The notes under the pieces were generated by a model that had not been told where the DNA came from, ran no database searches, and saw only the letters and a program-made list of their open reading frames with translations. Positions 18,324 to 26,359 of a stretch of DNA of 48,623 nucleotides are shown here, piece after piece. Source of the stretch: a virus (lineage: Duplodnaviria > Caudoviricetes); IMG/VR virus record IMGVR_UViG_3300020365_000026, positions 1 through 48,623 of that record. One strand, given 5' to 3'. Within the stretch, counting starts at the first letter, position 1. Each line of letters opens with the position of its first letter. A program made the position numbers and the translations under genes.

Positions 18324-19444
18324 AAATCTAACACCTTGCAAAGTTCTGGCAAGTAATCTTGTATATCCAATTTTCTAAAATCGTTGGTGTATTTGATTGC
18401 ATCAAGAAAGTAATTAAAATTTTGTTCATTATATTCTGCATTTTTAAAATAGCTTTGTATACTTTTTGTATGCTGTCCAAAAGACAAACTGTTTAATATC
18501 CAATCCATGTGTTTAGTTTTAGTAGCATTGCTTATTACACTGTAATTGTAATGCGGTGGAAATATTGCATATGTATAACCAATTTGATTGTTCTCAAATC
18601 CATGTACATCAGTAAAATATTTCCAAACTTCGTTGGCATACATTATATTTAACACACTCATAGTAGCATGGTTTTTCAAAGATACATTAGGTCTACTTTT
18701 CCAATACGCTATAGTTTCTTCAACTTGATCCCATACGCCTAGTGTTCTTATATACTCAAACTTTTTACCTATCGCATCAATACTAAAACTTATCATGATA
18801 CTTTTAAACTGGTCGAACATTTTTTCAATATTAGGGTCTATTGTTTTGGTGCCATTGGTGCTATAAAAAAGTGTAATCTTACTAGGATCAGCTTCTCGAC
18901 AAACTCTTTCTAAAAATTCTAAATGCTCTGTTTCGTAAAAAGGTTCACCTCCAAGCACTTCTATGTATTGTAGTTTGTCTAGTGGTACATTAATTTTGTT
19001 TGAAAAATTTTTGATCTTAGCTTTATCATAAACACCAGGAAAATTATCTGTTTGTTTAAGTATGTATTGATGTTCCTTAAACCATCCAGTGCTACTATGT
19101 GCGCCACAAGTTCTACATGCTAAATTACACTTGTTTCCACTAAAAAGTGAAAGCTGTGTGAGCACTCCGTCTGGTTGTGAATCTAAATTAACATCAGCAT
19201 GTATTCTTTTACTTTTTTTACCGTTTGCTTCGTCTTGCCAGCATTTTTCACATGCACTATGTTCTTCACCATTGGCAAGTGCATGTCTGACTTCTTTTAT
19301 AAATGCTGAATTTAAATATCCTTTAACAGTACCAGGACGAGGGAATTTGTCCCAACCATTTTTAATAAAACAACAAGCACCCTTTGATCTTTGATCATAA
19401 CCATTTGAGGCTAGCTTGCAAGTTTTAGTCTGCGATGGTATCAT
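18320..19444 (-). CDS. radical SAM protein with N-terminal twitch-type domain (rSAM-1)
   Basis: TCKL..ACC..CEKCW, CNLACRTC, LGGEP. Confidence 0.9.
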   Translation of the reverse strand: MIPSQTKTCKLASNGYDQRSKGACCFIKNGWDKFPRPGTVKGYLNSAFIKEVRHALANGEEHSACEKCWQDEANGKKSKRIHADVNLDSQPDGVLTQLSLFSGNKCNLACRTCGAHSSTGWFKEHQYILKQTDNFPGVYDKAKIKNFSNKINVPLDKLQYIEVLGGEPFYETEHLEFLERVCREADPSKITLFYSTNGTKTIDPNIEKMFDQFKSIMISFSIDAIGKKFEYIRTLGVWDQVEETIAYWKSRPNVSLKNHATMSVLNIMYANEVWKYFTDVHGFENNQIGYTYAIFPPHYNYSVISNATKTKHMDWILNSLSFGQHTKSIQSYFKNAEYNEQNFNYFLDAIKYTNDFRKLDIQDYLPELCKVLDL

Positions 19445-20405
19445 CCACTTCGCCCTCTCTGACCATTGCTCCTAGTCTATGAGGATTTTTGTAAACTCTT
19501 TTAAAAAATCTACTGCCAGTCCAATCTAAATCACTTATCTCTAAATCTAGTTTTCCTCTGAGGTCTTCTCCTAGTTCTACAGTTTTAGCTTTAAGTTTAT
19601 TCCAATCCCATGTGACTCCAGTATTTACGCACAGTTGATCACCGCCTTCAAATTCAGGGAATAGTTCATCTCTAAAAAAGTTGCTGAGCCAATCAAAGTC
19701 TCTTACATTACGCCAGTCCCATTTGCGTCTTTCTACATTTGTCATGTGACAGCCAAGTCTTGCTCCGTAGATTGCCCACAAACCATTTGTAGCATCTTCT
19801 CCTATACTCATCCATACCAACAATCTTCTATAGTTGTCCTGATGAATACGTTTAAGGTCTTTAGGATCAACAACATCTCCTCCTTCTAAACCCATCTTGA
19901 CGCCTTCACGGAAACCTGCTCTCCATGCCTGTAGAGGACTACCATTGTTCATTACATCACAATAGACATTGTTCATTTGAACATATCTTATACTCCAACA
20001 AAAATCAACTTGATTTGCTTTATCACTTTCAGGAGCCGCTTCATGTGTACGCATTCTGTTGACAACATCCACGGGCCAACATTTTATTCCACCATTTCCA
20101 TATACCAAACCATTGACTGCATTTTTGCCTGCCCAACTTATCACATCTGTTTCTCTAATTCTATTCATGTCTAATTCAACATTGAAAAAATCATCTCTTA
20201 CAATGTTATCTGCATCAATAGTAATAAATCTATCAGTATCGCTCATTGCCGCCGCGGCTTTATGTGCGGCATCACTGCCCCATACTCCGTGACTGCGTTT
20301 TGCCCAAGGGCATTTATCTAATAGATCTGCATAGTTTTGTTCTGCATTTGGTTCATCGTAACTAATGTATACAATGTCAAATTCGTTGATGGGTACTTTT
20401 GTCAT
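19425..20405 (-). CDS. GT-A fold glycosyltransferase-like protein
   Basis: DIVYISYDE first strand, AHKAAA helix, FITIDADN (DxD), YGNGG and QAWRAGFREG motifs. Confidence 0.65.
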   Translation of the reverse strand: MTKVPINEFDIVYISYDEPNAEQNYADLLDKCPWAKRSHGVWGSDAAHKAAAAMSDTDRFITIDADNIVRDDFFNVELDMNRIRETDVISWAGKNAVNGLVYGNGGIKCWPVDVVNRMRTHEAAPESDKANQVDFCWSIRYVQMNNVYCDVMNNGSPLQAWRAGFREGVKMGLEGGDVVDPKDLKRIHQDNYRRLLVWMSIGEDATNGLWAIYGARLGCHMTNVERRKWDWRNVRDFDWLSNFFRDELFPEFEGGDQLCVNTGVTWDWNKLKAKTVELGEDLRGKLDLEISDLDWTGSRFFKRVYKNPHRLGAMVREGEVDDTIAD

Positions 20406-21403
20406 TGTGATTGCTCCGTGGTTGCATAGTCAAAGGTTAAATTTGCGCCGTCTTTGCATAAAAATCCGCAAGTAAGTAAATCAATATCAGTATTAATTTC
20501 TATTGTTTCTTGCCATCCTATCTCTTTAAGTGGGAGATTCAGCATTCCTACTAATCTATTAGGATTACGCGGTTCTGTCAAATATATTCCTATATCTTTA
20601 TATATCTTCTCGTCTTGTGGGTTGTTAAAATTGCTTTTTATGAATTGTTTGTCATCAATTTGTTTGATAGTAAAGTCACAAGCAATATCGTTGTTAACTG
20701 GTGTTGGTACACAAAAATTACGTCTTTTGGTATATCTAGTAGTATATTCAACTCCAGTAAAGTTTACTCTACGTTGCAATCTATAACTACTAAAAATTTT
20801 CCTAGTCATTATTGATATCTCAGTTAGATTACACAACCTTCTAAGAGGTGTTAAGTCATATATCAAATATCCCTCGTCGATTAATTCAGCAGGATCAATT
20901 GTTATTGTTTTGATTAGAAAGTTAGGATCATTGTTTTTTATTAGATATAGGTTAATAGGATCGTATGCTCCTGATTCAGGATTAACACTTACATTTCTAA
21001 AGAAACGTTTGCCTGTCATTCTATACAATGTATCTTGACTAAAGTTTACTTCCATCTTCCATTGATTATTGTACAAGAATATATTAACATCTGCTTGTGT
21101 TTTGCTTATAGGCACAATACTAAGTTTGTTTTCAGCTTCTTTGATCCTAATTACTGCTGATTTCTCAACAAGTTTAAGTTCACCATTGATGTCTACAATA
21201 GCATATTTTTTTGGGTCAACAAAGCCCATTAGCATTTGCCTTGCATCATCACTGTCTGTAATTAGATGCGGATGATGTATGAAATCTTTTTCTTTGTTGG
21301 TTACCGTGACGATATCACCTGTGTCTACATCATAGTAAACATACCATTTATGACTAGGCTTTTCTTTTTGTAGTTCTCTAAGTAACTTTGGTTCTGAAGA
21401 CAT
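20402..21403 (-). CDS. hypothetical protein with an internally duplicated domain
   Basis: 333-aa coupled ORF; INLYLIKNNDPNFLIKTITID resembles IGIYLTEPRNPNRLVGMLNLP. Confidence 0.7.
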   Translation of the reverse strand: MSSEPKLLRELQKEKPSHKWYVYYDVDTGDIVTVTNKEKDFIHHPHLITDSDDARQMLMGFVDPKKYAIVDINGELKLVEKSAVIRIKEAENKLSIVPISKTQADVNIFLYNNQWKMEVNFSQDTLYRMTGKRFFRNVSVNPESGAYDPINLYLIKNNDPNFLIKTITIDPAELIDEGYLIYDLTPLRRLCNLTEISIMTRKIFSSYRLQRRVNFTGVEYTTRYTKRRNFCVPTPVNNDIACDFTIKQIDDKQFIKSNFNNPQDEKIYKDIGIYLTEPRNPNRLVGMLNLPLKEIGWQETIEINTDIDLLTCGFLCKDGANLTFDYATTEQSQ

Positions 21404-22259
21404 CCAACACTTCGTCTGTTAAAAATAACTCATCACTATAGTGAATAATTCCACCACCGATTACGCTGTTTTCTATTTGTACTCTACCTGCATCTGTAAC
21501 CCAATAATTCAATGAATCAGTCCAATTTTGAGGTATCTCATCTGGATTTAAAAATACTCCATGACTGTTTAAATGTAAATCATACAAATTGTTTAATCTC
21601 GTAGAGACTTGTATTTCCATATCTAAAAAATGGGTAACTACATTGGCTAAGATATTTTTGTTAAAAGTTTCTGGTTTTTTATCTGTAAACAAATGTGAAT
21701 AAACATCTCTCCAATTTTGAAAAACTGGATCAGCCATTTTAAACCATTGTTCTGCTAGTACACTATTTTTATGAAAATAAATTAGGTTATTAAAAAGTTT
21801 TGGCAATCTGTACTGCACTTCAAATTCAAATCTCTTTGAATAATCTATTCTAAGATTTCTATAATTCATTGCGTCTGAAGGAATACTTATGTCACCATTT
21901 GATAATATATCCCATAATGTATCAACATCTACATTTGAGAATATCGTATCATAGTCAACGTAGATTGTTTCTTCATAAGGTGTACAATGATAAATCTGCC
22001 ACAAATTCATTCCATGAAATCCATCTTTGTGAGCACTGTTTCCATGAGGTAATTCTACTATATAATCAAATGCATGTTCATAGTAACTTTGCACATTTCC
22101 AGTTTTATCTTTATCAACTATCAATGTAACACTAGCATTAGGATCACATGATTTAATACTACAAGCCAAACCATAACAATATCTAATATTATCTTGGTCA
22201 GTATTGATACCTAGCGTAACAAATCCTCTTTTTGGATATTCTTTAGATTGCTTGGACAA
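21378..22259 (-). CDS. GT-A fold glycosyltransferase (GT8-like)
   Basis: RGFVTLG, LACSIK, TPYEETIYVDYD (DxD) and IIHY; start uncertain (TTG 22259 behind an AAGGA, or 22274). Confidence 0.65.
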   Translation of the reverse strand: MSKQSKEYPKRGFVTLGINTDQDNIRYCYGLACSIKSCDPNASVTLIVDKDKTGNVQSYYEHAFDYIVELPHGNSAHKDGFHGMNLWQIYHCTPYEETIYVDYDTIFSNVDVDTLWDILSNGDISIPSDAMNYRNLRIDYSKRFEFEVQYRLPKLFNNLIYFHKNSVLAEQWFKMADPVFQNWRDVYSHLFTDKKPETFNKNILANVVTHFLDMEIQVSTRLNNLYDLHLNSHGVFLNPDEIPQNWTDSLNYWVTDAGRVQIENSVIGGGIIHYSDELFLTDEVLDVFRTKVT

Positions 22260-23160
22260 TTTCCGTTCCTTCAAATTCTTTTATAAGTTCGGCATAATTT
22301 CTATCTAATGCACGTTTGTTCATTAAATGTAGGTTATCATTTGTGTGTTTACACAAAATATTCTTCCACTTTTCTGCTCTGTTGTGCTTGAGAAAAACTA
22401 GTTCACCAATACCATTTACTTTTGTAAGATCATCTTGTTGATCCATATTTAAAAGTGGTGTTCCTAAAAAGTCATGTACAAAGTTGTCATTGTTCATTCC
22501 GTTTAACATATGACTTGCAATACTAACACAAAAGTCTGTTCTAAACAATGCTTTTGGATATTGGTATAACAAGCTGTAGTATTCCCAATTATCTTTTACG
22601 TGAGCCCAAATATCAAAAAACAGTTTGCTTTCTTCACTGCGATCAAAATAGACTACTGTACTCCACCAATGATTTATACCAGCATTATTAAGTGTAACTT
22701 CATTTAGATATGGTATATCGCCGCCTAAATATTCAGCGTATCTATGCATACCTATAGATATATCTGTATCAAACAGATACTCATAAAAATTATTACAGAT
22801 TAAAAAATCTGTGTCAATTAACAATGTTTTTTCATATGGTGTAAGATTAAAAATTTGATGTTTATTACTATTATAAAATGGAGCATTAAATTCAGTCCAA
22901 GGACTGTCCATATGCCTTCTTGGATTCATTTCATGCTCTACATTATCAATAACAATATTGTCTATAGCACGGTTCAATAGTTTTTCATCAACTGATTGTT
23001 CTATCCAACCTTGTGTGCCTTCATCTGTAATCAATGTTACAGGAATTTGTTTCATATGATTCTTTGCATATAAAGCCGCAATAATACTAAATTTAGTATA
23101 ATCCAGCTGTTCGTTATTGTAAACGAACATGCAAATGCCGTTACCTTTTTTCTCAGACAT
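22243..23160 (-). CDS. GT-A fold glycosyltransferase (GT8-like)
   Basis: TPYEKTLLIDTD (DxD), WSTVVYF, FRTDFCVSIA, HLMNK; paralogous to the downstream gene. Confidence 0.7.
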   Translation of the reverse strand: MSEKKGNGICMFVYNNEQLDYTKFSIIAALYAKNHMKQIPVTLITDEGTQGWIEQSVDEKLLNRAIDNIVIDNVEHEMNPRRHMDSPWTEFNAPFYNSNKHQIFNLTPYEKTLLIDTDFLICNNFYEYLFDTDISIGMHRYAEYLGGDIPYLNEVTLNNAGINHWWSTVVYFDRSEESKLFFDIWAHVKDNWEYYSLLYQYPKALFRTDFCVSIASHMLNGMNNDNFVHDFLGTPLLNMDQQDDLTKVNGIGELVFLKHNRAEKWKNILCKHTNDNLHLMNKRALDRNYAELIKEFEGTEIVQAI

Positions 23161-23163
23161 AAA

Positions 23164-23511
23164 TCACCAATCCATCAAACTTTTGATGTTTCTCGACTTT
23201 TTAATTTTGTCTGATTGAACTTTGTATTCATTCATTGATTCGTTGTAAGCACTAAGCAGTGTATCTAAAAAATCCTTTAGGTCATCAATTACTATTGGAT
23301 TTTCTTTGGAATCAATAATTACGCTTTCTTTTTTATCACAATCGATTAGTGCTTTTACAAAACTTATAGTTTGTGAGTCTGCAAAAAACACACCCTTATT
23401 GTAATGTACAGTTTGTAAAACACGAATACGTTGTTTAAGTGTACGTTGTTGATTGCCTAATGTTATTCGATAATTCGCAAAGTCTAGTGCTTTTTCGAGT
23501 CTCTCGTCCAT
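23164..23511 (-). CDS. hypothetical protein, possibly tail-fibre-assembly chaperone-like
   Basis: AGGAG RBS at 23521-23525; 115 aa, mostly helical; first gene after the tail proteins. Confidence 0.65.
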   Translation of the reverse strand: MDERLEKALDFANYRITLGNQQRTLKQRIRVLQTVHYNKGVFFADSQTISFVKALIDCDKKESVIIDSKENPIVIDDLKDFLDTLLSAYNESMNEYKVQSDKIKKSRNIKSLMDW

Positions 23512-23538
23512 ACTGAGTTTCTCCTATAATTATGTACT

Positions 23539-23568
23539 ACTATAACTTATTTATGTGTGGGTTGTCAA
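23539..23568 (-). promoter_or_regulatory. sigma70-like promoter (TTGACA-N18-TATAGT) with a late promoter CATAAATA (23548-23555) nested in the spacer
   Basis: tgtcaa at 23563-23568, actata at 23539-23544 and tatttatg at 23548-23555 on the + strand, in the intergenic gap heading the GT/rSAM cluster. Confidence 0.55.
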
Positions 23569-23575
23569 CAGTTTT

Positions 23576-24802
23576 TTAACTATCATTTGGACTTGTAAAG
23601 TCGTCTATAATACTGAATGTTGGTGCTGGTGTTACGTCAAAGCTGGTTGTACCTATTGTAAGTGTATCAGGCATTAGATAGCTTATTGTTGGTGTAATGC
23701 TTCCGTCAATGAAGTTTGCATGACTTGTATCATCTAAAACCATCTTAAATTGTACACCTGCTCCGTTGTCTGTGTATTTTCCGTATAGTCTAAACTTCAA
23801 TGATTGATAGGTTGAATACAAGCTATAAGCACTTACATAAATGCCACTGTATCCGTAACCGTATCCATATCCATATCCGTAACCGCTTTTTTTGGCTGGA
23901 TCAGCCCAGTCTGGGTAATTACCTTTTCCTGTGATATAGCCGTATAATTGTTGTCCATATCCGTAACCATAGCCATATCCGTAACCATAGCCATAACCAT
24001 AACCATATCCGTAGCCTCCACCACGTTTACCAAGTGTTACTCCGCTTGAAGTAAACAGCAATCCTTCGTCAGCACTTCCGGCGTCACTGCCGTCTCCGTA
24101 GTATTCAGTCAAATCATAAAAACCTTTTCCTTCGCTGGTACCACTTGTTGTTGCCGCACTTTGAAATACATTGTCAAAAGTAAAATTTAAGACACCCATT
24201 TCGTTAATAACATCACTCCAGTTGTAGTAACCTGCTGTGCTACCACCGGTCATGTTTAAGCTAGCTCTTAGCTGTCCGCCTCCGTTGAAAAAATATCTTG
24301 CATCATTATATGAATTCCATAACCACTTATGTTCACCATTGAGTTGGTAATCCCATACTGTGGTTCTGCCATATCCTGCACTATTAGCCACAAACGCACT
24401 GGCATTAGTTGGGTCTACAGTTGCATGAGTATTATTTTGAAGTATATTATCAAATTTGGATCTTACTAGGTTAAGATCTTCTGCTCTAATAGGTGTGCCT
24501 GCGGCTATGGTTGTTCTATTTGCTGGTACAATAAACACAAGTACATGATCATTCACTGTGGTATGGTCAATACTAATATTTGCTCTTGTTACTAGTTCTT
24601 GTAATCTTTCTGCTGTAATTATTACGCCATTGGCAATATTATCATCAACATTGATTGCACCCCAACCAAATTTATGAGTAGCACCTCTGTTAACATCTGT
24701 TACAAGAGCTGTTGGATATTTGTCTCCAAAAACCTTGTTCACATCAAATGCTACTAGATTAAAATCAGTATTAAGTACTAGATCCCCAATGGACTGCGCC
24801 AT
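23576..24802 (-). CDS. tail/baseplate-associated structural protein with Gly-Tyr repeat insertion
   Basis: Abuts the fibre gene; ARYFFNGGGQLR-type motif of phage tail proteins; Gly/Thr/Asn-rich; (GY)10 and (GY)6 tracts. Confidence 0.7.
   Translation of the reverse strand: MAQSIGDLVLNTDFNLVAFDVNKVFGDKYPTALVTDVNRGATHKFGWGAINVDDNIANGVIITAERLQELVTRANISIDHTTVNDHVLVFIVPANRTTIAAGTPIRAEDLNLVRSKFDNILQNNTHATVDPTNASAFVANSAGYGRTTVWDYQLNGEHKWLWNSYNDARYFFNGGGQLRASLNMTGGSTAGYYNWSDVINEMGVLNFTFDNVFQSAATTSGTSEGKGFYDLTEYYGDGSDAGSADEGLLFTSSGVTLGKRGGGYGYGYGYGYGYGYGYGYGYGQQLYGYITGKGNYPDWADPAKKSGYGYGYGYGYGYSGIYVSAYSLYSTYQSLKFRLYGKYTDNGAGVQFKMVLDDTSHANFIDGSITPTISYLMPDTLTIGTTSFDVTPAPTFSIIDDFTSPNDS
23849..23884 (-). 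repeat. (Gly-Tyr)6 coding repeat
   Basis: Six GGN-TAY units with mixed codons. Confidence 0.95.
23957..24016 (-). repeat. (Gly-Tyr)10 coding repeat
   Basis: Ten GGN-TAY units using GGA/GGT/GGC and TAT/TAC; includes a duplicated 18-nt unit tccgtaaccatagccata. Confidence 0.95.
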
Positions 24803-25717
24803 TTACTTTGCCCCCACAACTACTTCTATTGTTCCGGCATCGTCTGTATCTTTCGATTCTAATGCTCTTCCTATAACTGCATAACACTGTTCAGCTGGTG
24901 TGGCTATTGCCATTGCATGTCCTGGTGTATTGCTTGAAACTATTCTTTGTCCTTTGACAACTTTACCAATTACTTTGCAAGGTACTCTACCTGCTAGTGC
25001 TACAAACGGATGTGTAGCATCTGTACCAGCCGCGGCATTCATTTCAAATCCTGGACTAGTACTTACTATACCAAATACATCACTGTCATGTGCTTGCATT
25101 GTTTGTGTAATTTCGTGTGTCCCACCTAATCTTACTACTGTGCCCGCTTCATATTCTTCATCTGCGGCATAACGTTCTGCAAGGTCGGCATATTCTGCAC
25201 TTGTGGCAATACCTCTAAATTTGTAATGTGTGGTATTGTTCATTGTGATACCAGCTTGTATAGTTGGAAACTGTGTGCTAAGTTGTGTTACTCCATCTTC
25301 AAGTTTTTCATCTGCATGAGGTGTCCAAGCTGTAGTGTCATCTGTTGTGATTGTTACAATATTGTTATCTACAATCATTTCTATTGTTTTATGATAATTA
25401 CCACCTGTGTCTTTTCTGTTTCTAAATTCAATTTTCGTTGTGCCTGCACCACTTAAAATAACACTCCATACACCGTTATCGTAAATTTTAAGTTGGCTGT
25501 TTGCTGTATCGTACCACAGCATACCTTCTGTTGGATTACTTGGAGCATTTGCATTAGCAAAATTTTCCATTATGTGTAACATGTTTTCGTTTAGTATTTC
25601 GCCAAAGCGTGTATAGTTTTTACCAATCAATCCAATACTTGTACTGGTATCAATTGTTCCATCGTTAACAACTATTGCTGTTTTACTGCTTTGACTATAA
25701 TCTATTGTGTATGGCAT
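24803..25717 (-). CDS. short tail fibre-like protein with C-terminal intramolecular chaperone/autocleavage domain
   Basis: N-terminal GKNY..FGE..NENMLHIMENFA..P.NP.EG.LWYD anchor; C-terminal YADLAERY..YEAGTVV..VALAGRVPCKV..IGRALE. Confidence 0.75.
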   Translation of the reverse strand: MPYTIDYSQSSKTAIVVNDGTIDTSTSIGLIGKNYTRFGEILNENMLHIMENFANANAPSNPTEGMLWYDTANSQLKIYDNGVWSVILSGAGTTKIEFRNRKDTGGNYHKTIEMIVDNNIVTITTDDTTAWTPHADEKLEDGVTQLSTQFPTIQAGITMNNTTHYKFRGIATSAEYADLAERYAADEEYEAGTVVRLGGTHEITQTMQAHDSDVFGIVSTSPGFEMNAAAGTDATHPFVALAGRVPCKVIGKVVKGQRIVSSNTPGHAMAIATPAEQCYAVIGRALESKDTDDAGTIEVVVGAK

Positions 25718-25730
25718 TATCTTTTCCTCA

Positions 25731-26345
25731 TTATAAGTCTGCGAAACTTGATCTAATTCTTAGTGTATAAATTACTTGTATTTTTCTGTTTGCACTTTTT
25801 TGTACAGGATGGAAAACAACATGTGTTAACAAATCGTTGTTACCACTGTAAATTGCTAGTTCATCAAATACATATGTGCCGTTCATATTGGTTGCAGTGT
25901 CATCTGCATCTTCACCTGTGACACTGTCAAAATCCAATGTACATGTTGTTATGACATCACTGAAAGTGTTTGGACTGGTATGATTTATTTCTGTACCGTT
26001 AAGAGCACTTCCGCTTACTGATTCGTCAACTGCCTGACTAAATGTTTGATTATACAAAGCACCGCTGGCACTGTTGGTGTTTGTTGCTTTGTATGTTACT
26101 GTTCCTAATCCGTCAATGGTTGTTCCGCCATTTCCAAATCTCATTGTAGCAATATGATGGTTACCTGAGTTGCCAGCTTCGTTTGCAAGCAAACTAGCTA
26201 TAGCAATACTCATATTTTCGTAGTTGATAGCATTTCTTCTACGAACTAATACTTCACCTGATTCAGGATCCCATATTTTAATATGCCCTTCAATTCCTAT
26301 TAATGATGTTTCGTTGATCTTATCTAAACTCATCGCTCTTTCCAT
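25731..26345 (-). CDS. baseplate/tail-collar-like structural protein
   Basis: IEGHIKIWD, FGNGG, FDELAIYS..LLTHVVFHPVQKSANR; position in the tail module. Confidence 0.65.
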   Translation of the reverse strand: MERAMSLDKINETSLIGIEGHIKIWDPESGEVLVRRRNAINYENMSIAIASLLANEAGNSGNHHIATMRFGNGGTTIDGLGTVTYKATNTNSASGALYNQTFSQAVDESVSGSALNGTEINHTSPNTFSDVITTCTLDFDSVTGEDADDTATNMNGTYVFDELAIYSGNNDLLTHVVFHPVQKSANRKIQVIYTLRIRSSFADL

Positions 26346-26351
26346 TTAATG

Positions 26352-26359
26352 TATTTATA
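26352..26359 (-). promoter_or_regulatory. T4-type late promoter TATAAATA
   Basis: Exact consensus overlapping the stop codon of the giant gene, 6 nt before ATG 26345. Confidence 0.7.

Noticed and set aside
4423-19444. rSAM genes as MoaA, PqqE, QueE, NrdG or anaerobic sulfatase maturase pathways
   Set aside because: No partner genes (moaC, pqqBCD, queCD, nrdD, sulfatase) in the window, and most have the auxiliary domain at the N-terminus.
1-23511. Cluster as host chromosomal capsule locus flanking a prophage
   Set aside because: No integrase or att-like boundary, no membrane or export genes, and phage late-promoter motifs occur within the cluster.
23849-24016. Short tandem repeats as CRISPR array or DGR repeat pair
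   Set aside because: Hexamer coding repeats without spacers; no cas or reverse transcriptase gene in the window.
23833-24033. 66-aa alternative-frame ORF with MVTDM/MAM repeats as a possible precursor peptide
   Set aside because: It is the shifted-frame reading of the GY repeat inside the 408-aa gene and has no independent expression signals that I can see.
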